Origin: a virus
Lineage: Duplodnaviria; Caudoviricetes
Length of the DNA: 44,554 bases
Virus record (IMG/VR): IMGVR_UViG_3300033076_000960
Coordinates: 1 to 44,554 of that record
Reading direction: 5' to 3' (one strand)
Part shown: piece by piece, positions 1 to 8,218 of the stretch
Layout of the letters: the number at the start of each line of letters is the position of its first letter
How positions within the stretch are numbered: the first letter of the stretch is position 1
Position numbers and translations under genes: made by a program
Notes under the pieces: model-generated
Database searches by the model: none
Told to the model about the DNA's origin: nothing
The model's input: only the letters and a program-made list of their open reading frames with translations

Positions 1-23
1 GAACAAGGGGGACAGTGATGGGG

Positions 24-341
24 TCAGTTAGGTTTAACATCTCCTTGCGGGTTGCTGGCATAAGCGATCAGCCCATTGAGATCGTCGCGGAGCTTGATAG
101 CGAAGCCAAGCCCAAAGCGAAGTCTTACAGCAACTACAGTGTCGGGATGGGACACATTCTCACCGGGGACAATACGGGTTGTCAGCAAAGTCAGAGCGCA
201 CACACCGTCCGCAGCCCCGTGGACAATGCACCCGTCAACATAAGTGACGCGAATGTTGTCGGGATCAGCAAGTTTTCTGGCTTCGACAGTGGAGGTATCG
301 CTGGCTGCATCGCCGGATCGAACTTCTACGGGCTTAATCAT
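24..341 (-). CDS. Hypothetical protein (antisense moron-like gene)
   Basis: 105-aa ORF with SD-like AAGAGGA upstream and globular-looking composition. Confidence 0.65.
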   Translation of the reverse strand: MIKPVEVRSGDAASDTSTVEARKLADPDNIRVTYVDGCIVHGAADGVCALTLLTTRIVPGENVSHPDTVVAVRLRFGLGFAIKLRDDLNGLIAYASNPQGDVKPN

Positions 342-415
342 GGTTTGAAATCCTCTTTAATCGTTGATGATGGAAGCATCTTCAGATTCCCCCCTGACAA
401 ACAAGGGGGGCCGTC

Positions 416-511
416 ATGATCTGGTCCCTCCATCTGATTGCCAATCTGCGCGAGGTATCCCGCGTTCACACTTTCCGCCGTCAATGGCGGCGCATGTGGA
501 GGCGGGCATGA
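416..511 (+). CDS. Small hypothetical protein (31 aa)
   Basis: G-rich SD upstream; ATGA overlaps at both ends (416-419, 508-511). Confidence 0.4.
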   Translation: MIWSLHLIANLREVSRVHTFRRQWRRMWRRA

Positions 512-777
512 AACGCATATCCAAGCTTTTGAAATCTCTGGTGCCACGTCCCCCAAGATTTGCCCCACCAGAGCGCGCAGGCGGGTTTATGGCCTCTTCC
601 CCCGCCCGTCTGCGCATCCTTTTCCGCAAGGCGCGTACAACGCCTACCGTGACTATGCCTAACAGGATCATGACTATATTCGCTCCCTCTGATTGTGTGG
701 AGCCTATTGGCGATAGTCGGGCAGATTCCACCCCAGAGCGGGGAGATTTTCGCATCATGCAGCGGGGGCGCGCATGA
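508..777 (+). CDS. Hypothetical protein
   Basis: GGAGG SD upstream; ATGA-coupled to neighbours; start trimmed from ORF 364..777. Confidence 0.45.
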   Translation: MKRISKLLKSLVPRPPRFAPPERAGGFMASSPARLRILFRKARTTPTVTMPNRIMTIFAPSDCVEPIGDSRADSTPERGDFRIMQRGRA

Positions 778-1133
778 ATGCGCAAGCTGCTGATGTTGAT
801 GCGTTCGAGAGGTTAGCGGCAAAGCTGGCCTTACTCGAAAAAGCGCGCACTGGCCTTCCTGAAAAGGAGGTCCGCAAGCGCATATCGAAGCGTTTGGGAA
901 AGCAGGAGGGCTTTCTCTGTGACGTGTACAAGAGCCGCGTAAAGGGCGTTCATCACTGGCTTATGATGAAAGTCCGGCGCGTTTTGCTGCAAGAGCTTCT
1001 TAAAGAAAAAATGCGGATTGAACATGACATTCAGATGCTTTTGCAGAGCGGTGAACGACCTGACAGCGGCGATATTCAAACGCTTGTGGGTGCGGCTAAA
1101 AACTTACTTGAAACGTTGGAGAGCATGAAATGA
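774..1133 (+). CDS. Hypothetical helical protein (CII-like position)
   Basis: ATGA-coupled 119-aa ORF; function from position only. Confidence 0.7.
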   Translation: MNAQAADVDAFERLAAKLALLEKARTGLPEKEVRKRISKRLGKQEGFLCDVYKSRVKGVHHWLMMKVRRVLLQELLKEKMRIEHDIQMLLQSGERPDSGDIQTLVGAAKNLLETLESMK

Positions 1134-1414
1134 TCGGACACAATAGCATTGAAGGCAAGGCTTTACGCTCGATCATTGATCGCATTGAGCGCCTTAACCA
1201 AGAGAAGCAGGAAATAACCGACGCGATAAAAGAGGTCTTAGGCGAAGCGAAAGCAGACGGCTTTGATCCGAAAATAATTCGCGCGATTGTCCAGCGCCGC
1301 AAGCAAGACCCTGACGAATTGCGCCGCAAGGAAGAGATGATCGAGATTTATCGCAACGCGCTAGGCGACTTTGCAAATACCGATTTGGGACAAGCGGCAA
1401 TCCATAAAATCTAG
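1130..1414 (+). CDS. gapR: GapR/DUF2312 family nucleoid-associated protein
   Basis: LRSIIDRIERLNQEKQEITDAIKEVLGEAKADGFDPKIIRAIVQRRK matches the GapR consensus. Confidence 0.93.
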   Translation: MIGHNSIEGKALRSIIDRIERLNQEKQEITDAIKEVLGEAKADGFDPKIIRAIVQRRKQDPDELRRKEEMIEIYRNALGDFANTDLGQAAIHKI

Positions 1415-1441
1415 AAGGCTTACATGCGGCGGGGGAGAAAA

Positions 1442-2056
1442 ATGGCTTGGGATACGGGGCAGGTTGAAAAGCTGAAAGAGCTACATGCGGGAAAACAGCC
1501 ATTTTCGCAAATGGCAAAACATTTAGGCTGCACACGTAGCACTATTGCTGGCAAAATCCGCAGGCTCAAGATAACCGGCGATATTGATCTGGAAAGCCCT
1601 AATGCGGAAGTCAAAAAGCCCCTGCCATTTTATTCAGAAGTAAAAAGCCTTTTTGAAAAAGGCTTGTCATATTCCCAGATAGCCAAGGAAATTGGGAAAA
1701 CGCGCGGTGCGATATGCGCGATTGCAAGACGCCAAGGCTTGAAGCGCGGGGAAAATAGAATTGTATCCGTAAAGAAAAAGAAGATTGCCGCCCCTGCTCC
1801 ATTTGCGCCCGTTCGGGAGGGCGCGAGCCTCGATGCATCACATGCGCCAGCGATGGCGTTAACCGGCGGCGGGGATGCGGCAATGCATTTTAATCCGTCG
1901 AATGTGGTGAAGCCCTCCCATACTGCTTCTTTAAAAGAGCGTGATTGCCGATGGATCGAAAACGGCATGTATTGTTGCGCTGTCAAGCAAGATAAAAGCT
2001 CGTACTGTCCGCAACACCATGCCCGTTCATATGTTAAATGGAGCCGGTCAGCATGA
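1442..2056 (+). CDS. gcrA: GcrA-family cell-cycle regulator homologue with two HTH-like repeats
   Basis: N-terminal W..GQVEKLKEL...SQMAKHLGCTRSTIAGKIRRL; second SYSQIAKEIGKTRGAI; C-terminal CRWI...YC...SSYCPQH; SD GGGGGAG before ATG 1442. Confidence 0.88.
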   Translation: MAWDTGQVEKLKELHAGKQPFSQMAKHLGCTRSTIAGKIRRLKITGDIDLESPNAEVKKPLPFYSEVKSLFEKGLSYSQIAKEIGKTRGAICAIARRQGLKRGENRIVSVKKKKIAAPAPFAPVREGASLDASHAPAMALTGGGDAAMHFNPSNVVKPSHTASLKERDCRWIENGMYCCAVKQDKSSYCPQHHARSYVKWSRSA

Positions 2057-2478
2057 TGCCAATATCATTTTTAGTGGTAGGTACACCGCAAGGAAAAGGC
2101 CGTGCGCGCGCTTGTCGCCGTGGTAAATTCATAAGGCATTACACGCCTGAGAAAACAGCCGCGTATGAAGCTGAAATAAAAAAGGCTGCGATATGCGCGC
2201 TATCAGGACGCGGGCCATTCAAGGGGCCTGTGAACTTACATATGCGCGCTGTTTTTCCGATACCTGAAAGCTGGAGCAAGCGCAAAAAACAGGCCGCAAT
2301 AGCAGGCGAGATACTGCCAACTGTAAAGCCTGACGCAGACAACATCATAAAGGCATGGGCCGATGGAATGAACGGCCTGATTTACAAGGACGATAAGCAG
2401 ATCGCGGACATTACATTCAAAAAACGGTACGGACTACAGCCATTTGTGCTGGCGACAATTAGCGAGGTGCGCCCATGA
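2053..2478 (+). CDS. rusA: RusA-family Holliday junction resolvase
   Basis: PQGKGRAR...YTPEKT...KPDADNIIKAWADGMNGLIYKDDKQI motif. Confidence 0.93.
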   Translation: MMPISFLVVGTPQGKGRARACRRGKFIRHYTPEKTAAYEAEIKKAAICALSGRGPFKGPVNLHMRAVFPIPESWSKRKKQAAIAGEILPTVKPDADNIIKAWADGMNGLIYKDDKQIADITFKKRYGLQPFVLATISEVRP

Positions 2479-2867
2479 ATGCCCATCACAAAACCAGAGC
2501 AACAGCACAAAAAGCCGCCTTGCAAAAGCAGATTGTGCAGATGCGAAGGAACGAAATCCCGTTTGTCGCCATAGCGAGGCAGCTCTATATAAACATAGAA
2601 TATGCAAAGCAATTATATAAGACAGCTATATCACCTGTAGATTTAACACAATATCATGAAGAGTGCGAAAGTAAAAAAGTTCAAGATGAAAAATTCCGCG
2701 CTGCAATGCAAAAGGCCATAGAAAGCGGTCTGGAAAGGCAACACAAGCCCGCGCCTGCAAGCGATAGCATCCCGAAATTTATCCGCCCGACGCACACGTC
2801 GCAGATGGGATCACCTGCCGGCATGTGTTCTGATTGGGCGCTTTCCAAAACAAAGGTGTGGTCGTGA
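2475..2867 (+). CDS. Hypothetical protein, possible N-terminal HTH
   Basis: ATGA-coupled; IPFVAIARQLYI helix-turn-helix-like segment. Confidence 0.7.
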   Translation: MNAHHKTRATAQKAALQKQIVQMRRNEIPFVAIARQLYINIEYAKQLYKTAISPVDLTQYHEECESKKVQDEKFRAAMQKAIESGLERQHKPAPASDSIPKFIRPTHTSQMGSPAGMCSDWALSKTKVWS

Positions 2868-3028
2868 TTAAAATCCCCACCCTGACCCAGCAGCAAATCG
2901 ACTTAATTCTTCTTGAGCGCAAGGAATACCGCACGCCTTGGAAACAGCTTGCGCGTGAAGTGAACATACCGGCCCGCGCCCTGATAAAATGGCTTCGCGC
3001 CTATCAGCAGGAGGCGCAATACAAATGA
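2864..3028 (+). CDS. Small HTH-like protein
   Basis: GTGA overlap with upstream stop; PWKQLAREVNIPARALIKW. Confidence 0.6.
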   Translation: MIKIPTLTQQQIDLILLERKEYRTPWKQLAREVNIPARALIKWLRAYQQEAQYK

Positions 3029-3906
3029 GTAGGTGGTATCGCGCATATGCGGGCATGGCCCGTGATGACAAGCTAGTTCGAGTTGCCTTGAAAGCAAAGC
3101 AGCCGATTGAGCGCGTGGTGTGGATATGGTGCGCCATACTGGAAAGCGCAGCAGAATTAGATGATGGAGGTCGTTATGACATCGACATTGGAGAGGTCGC
3201 TTACTTTCTCAGAGCGGATGAAGCTGACATTTCAAATATTTTGGACGCTCTTTGTGATATTAAAAGAGTGGCTTCCGGTTTTGTGGTCAATTGGGGCGAC
3301 CGTCAATTTCAGTCCGACAGATCAGCCGAACGTCAAAAACGTTATCGTGAGCGGCAAAAACAAGAAACTAAATCAAGCGACTGTAACGCTTCGGGCGCAC
3401 TGAACGTCACCGTTACGTCACCGTTACGTCACGGTGACGCACCAGAGACAGAGACATATACAGATAATACTCCCTCACTTCGTTCGGGAGTAGCGCGCGC
3501 GCGCGACGAAACCGAACCGGTTGAAAAACAAAAACGCAAACCAAAAAAACCGATGATCGAATTGCCGGAAGGCTGGCAGCCAGACCAGTCAGGGCGTGAT
3601 TTTGCGATCAGGTACGGGATGCCTCACGGCGAAATAACGTATCAAATTCAGCAATTTACGGATCATCACCGCAAGAATGCGACCCATTTTGCCGATTGGT
3701 CAGCGGCATGGCGGACGTGGTGCGGAAATTACAGGAAATTCGGAGGTTTTAAACATGTTGGACAGACCGGACAGAGGCCAGACCCACGGGCAAATTCCAT
3801 TTCAGCGGCAGCAAGGCGGCTTTCAGATCGACTGGACGCGGCGGGTCAACCCGCAGGAGGCGGCGAGACTGACTTCGGCGTTGTTCGGCTACTTCCAATG
3901 GGATAG
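3025..3906 (+). CDS. Phage replication initiator (replisome organiser; DnaT-like C-terminal region)
   Basis: MSRWYRAY...DDKL N-terminus, SAERQKRYRER, internal iterons, C-terminal QFTDHH...ADWSAAWRTW. Confidence 0.82.
   Translation: MSRWYRAYAGMARDDKLVRVALKAKQPIERVVWIWCAILESAAELDDGGRYDIDIGEVAYFLRADEADISNILDALCDIKRVASGFVVNWGDRQFQSDRSAERQKRYRERQKQETKSSDCNASGALNVTVTSPLRHGDAPETETYTDNTPSLRSGVARARDETEPVEKQKRKPKKPMIELPEGWQPDQSGRDFAIRYGMPHGEITYQIQQFTDHHRKNATHFADWSAAWRTWCGNYRKFGGFKHVGQTGQRPDPRANSISAAARRLSDRLDAAGQPAGGGETDFGVVRLLPMG
3404..3439 (+). repeat. Probable replication-origin iterons: 3 x 11 bp ACGTCACCGTT (third ACGTCACGGTG)
   Basis: Tandem copies 3404-3414, 3415-3425, 3426-3436 inside the initiator gene; CGTCACCGT/ACGGTGACG inverted pair. 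Confidence 0.75.
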
Positions 3907-4369
3907 CGGGGCAGACCCTGATTTGATTTGCGCGTCAGTGGCAGCCATATTTTGCGAGTATCCGATTGATGTGGTTCGTGAACTGGTGCATCCGGTTCAC
4001 GGCTTACAAACGAAACTGGATCGCGCGCCTACGATCAAACAAATCAAGGACGCACTGGAAGAAAAAATGGCTCCAATCTATCGGGAGCGCGCCCGTCCGA
4101 GATACAATCCGAACCAATTGCCACCACCACAAATCACGCCAGAACAGCGGGCGGAGGTGGCGGCGAGAGTGAAAGCCGTCGCGGATGAACTCAAAGCCAA
4201 GGCAACACTGAGGGAGGCGGAGGAGCGGGCAAAGCGCCCTGTGCCACCCCACCACAACACGCTGTATTTTCGCGCATGTGAGGCGGCAGGAATTGATCCT
4301 AACGGGGGCATGGTTGCCTCGCCGTCATTGCGGGCTTTGGTTGAACAGCAAACAGGGAGGGCGCTATGA
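3755..4369 (+). CDS. Replication accessory protein (lambda P-like position)
   Basis: GGAGG SD before ATG 3755; follows and overlaps the initiator. Confidence 0.7.
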   Translation: MLDRPDRGQTHGQIPFQRQQGGFQIDWTRRVNPQEAARLTSALFGYFQWDSGADPDLICASVAAIFCEYPIDVVRELVHPVHGLQTKLDRAPTIKQIKDALEEKMAPIYRERARPRYNPNQLPPPQITPEQRAEVAARVKAVADELKAKATLREAEERAKRPVPPHHNTLYFRACEAAGIDPNGGMVASPSLRALVEQQTGRAL

Positions 4370-4563
4370 ACGAATTCAACCGCGAAAATCTAACTATCAG
4401 GCCTATTACTGATAGCCTAGGCAGGCACGTTAAGGCGTTTGAGTACCGCGCTAATGGTCAGCGCATATGCGGGGCGCTCCCGTCGGGCCTGTCTGATGAT
4501 GAGGTGGCGGAGAAGGCCAGGGTGACGATTGAAAGCTATTTTGCAGGGAAGGTAGGCAAATGA
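4366..4563 (+). CDS. Hypothetical protein
   Basis: GGAGG SD, ATGA coupling. Confidence 0.7.
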   Translation: MNEFNRENLTIRPITDSLGRHVKAFEYRANGQRICGALPSGLSDDEVAEKARVTIESYFAGKVGK

Positions 4564-4865
4564 ACATAAAAGATGAAAATGACAAGAAATACGAAGGCGT
4601 TGAATGCTGCTGGAATTGCAAGTTTTATTATTGGCGAGAAGAAGAATGCAGAAAAAATGCGCCAGTTAAAAATCAAGTAAAAGAAGCGGTTTATAGCATT
4701 CTATCATTTATTTATGAAACGCCTAAAGTTAAACGTATGCTACAAATAACTGAGGATGATTTTTTAAACTTAATGGAACACTTTGAAGACGAGATAACTT
4801 TTTTCCCTAAAATGCCTGAACATCAATGCTGCGGCGAATATCAAGGAAAGGGCAAAATACAATGA
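4560..4865 (+). CDS. Cys-rich, AT-rich hypothetical protein
   Basis: CxxC...CR..AP...FP....CCGE pattern; ATGA coupling. Confidence 0.7.
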   Translation: MNIKDENDKKYEGVECCWNCKFYYWREEECRKNAPVKNQVKEAVYSILSFIYETPKVKRMLQITEDDFLNLMEHFEDEITFFPKMPEHQCCGEYQGKGKIQ

Positions 4866-5383
4866 ACACAGCCGCACATGACCGAAAAGCCACTCATTTA
4901 ACGCGAGGAATTGAGCCGTCACCAATTGAGGTAAAATGTCCGCATGATCCGGCTGATACCATTGTTGCAATGCGAAATATCCGCGATGATTTGCTGGCGA
5001 GAAAGCACGCCCGCCGCCAGATTGATGATGCTCAGTTTGCCGCTGGCAGACGCTATCAGGCGTTATTTGAAATTGTTGAAAATCCGGCGCGTGCGTTTAA
5101 TTACGCCAATCCAAAAGTTGACGGCGGGGGGGCAGCGCCTGACATCATGACCGATGCGCGTAATAAGGCCACCAAAGAGCTGGCTCGCATAGACGCGGTG
5201 TTAGGGGCGCGTGACACCAAAGTGGTGCGCCTCGCACTATGTGAAGGCTGCACAATGGCACGGGTGGCTATGGTTATGGGATCAACGGTTACAGAATTTA
5301 GCCAAAAATATTATGGCCGCATTTTGAATGATGCGCTAGAAATAATCGCAGAATTAGTTGGATTTGTATCAAAACGGGCTTGA
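4862..5383 (+). CDS. Probable late-gene regulator (Q-like, DUF6456-like)
   Basis: IDDAQFAAGRRY...VDGGG...C-terminal HTH; last early gene, followed directly by a promoter. Confidence 0.7.
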   Translation: MNTAAHDRKATHLTRGIEPSPIEVKCPHDPADTIVAMRNIRDDLLARKHARRQIDDAQFAAGRRYQALFEIVENPARAFNYANPKVDGGGAAPDIMTDARNKATKELARIDAVLGARDTKVVRLALCEGCTMARVAMVMGSTVTEFSQKYYGRILNDALEIIAELVGFVSKRA

Positions 5384-5409
5384 CTGTACCAGCAAAATGG
5401 GTATAAATT
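5380..5409 (+). promoter_or_regulatory. Putative late promoter (pR'-like)
   Basis: TTGACT 5380-5385, then TATAAA 5402-5407 (16-nt spacer) or TAAATT 5404-5409 (18-nt spacer). Confidence 0.6.
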
Positions 5410-5494
5410 GGCATCATAGGATTTGTTGCGAGATTTTCGCGCCCCTGCTCTGCATAGCATCAGGCATTAAGACCGGAAACGGCAAGCCGTCAGT

Positions 5495-5704
5495 TTAAAG
5501 CTGGCGGCTTTTGTTATTGCGCTTGACCAGATAAGCCAGCCAATCAGGGATAGGACGGCTGGTAGATTTGTCTGGCTCTGCCTCCCATGCCTGCACAGAT
5601 CGCAATGCAGTACTGCGGCCTGTGCGTTTGTTAATCCAATCAGCGAATTCCGCTTGGGTGAGGTTAATGGATTGGCGGAATGATTTGAGGTCTGCGGGGG
5701 TCAT
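5495..5704 (-). CDS. XRE-family HTH transcriptional regulator
   Basis: MTPADLKSFRQSINLTQAEFA...LRSVQAWE...RPIP. Confidence 0.85.
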   Translation of the reverse strand: MTPADLKSFRQSINLTQAEFADWINKRTGRSTALRSVQAWEAEPDKSTSRPIPDWLAYLVKRNNKSRQL

Positions 5705-5709
5705 GCTAA

Positions 5710-6075
5710 TTAAACCCACTGGTTCCGGATCCCAGCCTGTGCGCGTTCGCGGGCGCTGAACATATAATTAAATGATGTTCCGCTCATCATCCCGCATCTT
5801 ATTGTGATTGCTGCCGCGTCAAAGGCAGCTTCCAGAGGTTCGTAAATATCGCTATCGCTACTGTCTGCCGCTTCCTTGGCAGCATAGGCGGCGTCTTCTT
5901 TGGCTTTGGCAGCGCGATAAGCGTCGGTTGAGCGCAAATCATTTATAGCCTGCTCTGTGTCGGATGTGTCTGGATGATCGATGTAGCGAGCGTCAATTAC
6001 AACATCGTTAATAATTAATGCGATTGCCCAGCCGGAACCGTTATAGACCGATTCATTCACGTTGATTGTTTTCAT
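5710..6075 (-). CDS. Hypothetical protein
   Basis: AGGAGG SD; 121-aa ORF. Confidence 0.8.
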   Translation of the reverse strand: MKTINVNESVYNGSGWAIALIINDVVIDARYIDHPDTSDTEQAINDLRSTDAYRAAKAKEDAAYAAKEAADSSDSDIYEPLEAAFDAAAITIRCGMMSGTSFNYMFSARERAQAGIRNQWV

Positions 6076-6148
6076 TTTAGCGTCCTCCTGTTGTTGTGTG
6101 AAGCACTGGCGCTTCGTTCTGCCCTCCGTAAAGGGCAGTGTCGAAGGG

Positions 6149-6538
6149 TCAGGCGGCTATTTTCTGTGATCCGGTGACAACAAAAGGTCTATTCCATTTG
6201 CCTATTTGCAGGTTAACATAATGACCTACGTGGATGTAATCTGTTTGTATATCGGAGTCGTCAAAATTATCAGTATTTAGAATATCAATAATTGACTTGA
6301 TGATCTGTTTTTCTTCGCAATCTGAAACCAGACCTAACCAGTGATTTATATTTTCTGCGTAATTATTGCGTGTTTTGATTTCTGGCATTTTGCCAAGCAG
6401 ATCAACCGGCGCGGCGTAGATGGTCATAACGATTGTTGAATGATTTTCAACGGCAACGCTATATTTCCAGCCTGATGGGACAACACTTTTTAGTGCTTCT
6501 GCGATTTTTGCTTTTTTCTCTTTGCTGACATAAGCCAT
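6149..6538 (-). CDS. Conserved phage protein, LPD29-like
   Basis: AGGAGG SD; NHSTI...NFDDSDIQTDY.HVG.YVNLQIGKWNRPF signature recognised from memory. Confidence 0.75.
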   Translation of the reverse strand: MAYVSKEKKAKIAEALKSVVPSGWKYSVAVENHSTIVMTIYAAPVDLLGKMPEIKTRNNYAENINHWLGLVSDCEEKQIIKSIIDILNTDNFDDSDIQTDYIHVGHYVNLQIGKWNRPFVVTGSQKIAA

Positions 6539-6586
6539 TTTAGCATCCTCCTATTTGGTGGGCACCATCGCCCTGTCTATATACAG

Positions 6587-6615
6587 ACAATACGATCATT
6601 GCTCGTATAAGTCAA
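6587..6615 (-). promoter_or_regulatory. Sigma70 promoter with overlapping palindromic operator
   Basis: TTGACT (6615-6610), 17 nt, TATTGT (6592-6587); ATACGA-N7-TCGTAT palindrome at 6590-6608. Confidence 0.78.
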
Positions 6616-6652
6616 CACCTAAAACGATACGTACAAACACCTATGAAAGGGA

Positions 6653-7135
6653 ATGTGGATAACTGTTATGGGTAACCCTGTTGGCGCCCCCCCGTGGCTA
6701 TATGATCCGGCAATCGGAGATCAGATTTGCGATATGGTGGCAGATGGCAAGAACCTGCACGTTATAAGCAAAATAGATGGATTGCCTGGGCGGAATACAA
6801 TTTACAAATGGCTGAGGGAAAGTGCCGAATTTGCAAACAATTACGCGCGTGCGCGGGAAGATCGCGCTGATTGGCGCGCATCTCGCATTGATGAAATCAC
6901 GCAAGAAGTCAGGGAAGGCAAGTTAGAGCCGAATGCCGCGCGTGTGATAATCGATGCTGAGAAATGGCAGGCAGGTAAAGAAAACAGCAAAATATACGGC
7001 GATAAGCAAACCATTGATGTTAATGACCAATCGCCGTTGGCTAAGGTGAATTATGGCCTCATTATCGGACTCATTGAGCAAGTTGAGCGCGAGCGAGTTA
7101 GACGCGCTGCTGGCTCAGTTGAGGCAGAGGATTAA
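6653..7135 (+). CDS. terS: Terminase small subunit
   Basis: ICDMVADGKNL...PGRNTIYKWL...YARARE...IDAEKWQAGK...YGDK (Sf6 gp1-like); start may be 6668. Confidence 0.9.
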   Translation: MWITVMGNPVGAPPWLYDPAIGDQICDMVADGKNLHVISKIDGLPGRNTIYKWLRESAEFANNYARAREDRADWRASRIDEITQEVREGKLEPNAARVIIDAEKWQAGKENSKIYGDKQTIDVNDQSPLAKVNYGLIIGLIEQVERERVRRAAGSVEAED

Positions 7136-7778
7136 TCAGGAACGCATAGCGTCGTATTTCCCTGATGATGGCCCGTTCCGGCGGGAATTATACCCGCGCC
7201 ATATGGAATTTTTTCGAGCCGGTATTGAGCATCGAGAGCGTCTTATGCTTGCCGCGAACCGTGTCGGCAAAACGGAAAGTGTAGGCGGTTACGAAACAAC
7301 GCTGCATCTTACTGGAGAGTACCCAGACTGGTGGCAGGGCAGAAGATTTAACAGGCCAACGCGCGGTTGGGCTGCTGGTGATACTTCAAACACTGTGCGC
7401 GACATTATCCAGACAAAGCTGCTGGGCGCTATTGGGCAATGGGGTACAGGTTTAATACCTTTGCGGTGCATTGGCCGCAAGCCAACTCTCAAGCGCAACG
7501 TGCCAGACGCTGTGCAGGACATATACGTCAAACACAAATCTGGTGGGCAAAGCGTTCTCACGCTTAAGTCATACGATCAAAAGCGCGAGTCATTTCAAGG
7601 CACTGAGCAAGATTTTATCTGGCTTGATGAGGAGCCGCCGATGGACATCTATACCGAGTGCCTACTGCGTACCATGACAACGAACGGGTTGATTATGTGT
7701 ACGTTTACGCCATTGCAGGGCCTATCAGACGTTGTGCTATCGTATTTGCCAGGCGGCAGATTGCCTGATGCGGCGTAA
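7053..7778 (+). CDS. terL: Terminase large subunit, N-terminal ATPase part
   Basis: Walker A AANRVGKT, Walker B IWLDEE, coupling motif TFTP; stops at TAA 7776-7778. Confidence 0.93.
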   Translation: MASLSDSLSKLSASELDALLAQLRQRINQERIASYFPDDGPFRRELYPRHMEFFRAGIEHRERLMLAANRVGKTESVGGYETTLHLTGEYPDWWQGRRFNRPTRGWAAGDTSNTVRDIIQTKLLGAIGQWGTGLIPLRCIGRKPTLKRNVPDAVQDIYVKHKSGGQSVLTLKSYDQKRESFQGTEQDFIWLDEEPPMDIYTECLLRTMTTNGLIMCTFTPLQGLSDVVLSYLPGGRLPDAA

Positions 7779-7789
7779 ATTAGGTAATA

Positions 7790-8218
7790 ATGTCAAAGTA
7801 TAGCAAAGAAATTGTCAGAGATATAGCTAGGTTGGCTCCGTATCTTGTCTCGCATACCAAACCAAAAAGCCCGCTGGTTGCGTCATTCCTGCCAAAATCG
7901 CGGCAGCAGCAGTATATCATATATGCTGTAACTCTTTATGAGCACCCTGGTGTAGTTAAAATAGGGAGAACGTTTAACTGGAAATCACGCAGGAAATACT
8001 ATGAGAGTTTTAACTTGCGGTGTGGAGATGCTATCGAGGATGAGCGCGTCTTTGTGATAACCGATGAATTTGTAGACTTGCCAAAACTGGAGAGGTGTCT
8101 TTTAGAGCGCATGCCTTTCCCGCGTCGACACGGGGCCGAGTGGTTTGAGACGACCCTCGATGACATGGCGCGGGTCATTGATCAGTTTATGTGCGAGCAC
8201 GACATTAGCTATGTCTAA
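7790..8218 (+). CDS. T5orf172/MUG113-type GIY-YIG nuclease between the terL parts
   Basis: IIYAV...VVKIGRT...R...LERCL...GAEWF motif order. Confidence 0.85.
   Translation: MSKYSKEIVRDIARLAPYLVSHTKPKSPLVASFLPKSRQQQYIIYAVTLYEHPGVVKIGRTFNWKSRRKYYESFNLRCGDAIEDERVFVITDEFVDLPKLERCLLERMPFPRRHGAEWFETTLDDMARVIDQFMCEHDISYV

Noticed and set aside
334-350. CtrA-box-like TTAA-N7-TTGA
   Set aside because: Imperfect single match with no supporting promoter evidence.
7779-8210. Group I/II intron or intein in terL
   Set aside because: Only 11 non-coding nt, no recognisable catalytic core, and an in-frame stop rules out an intein.
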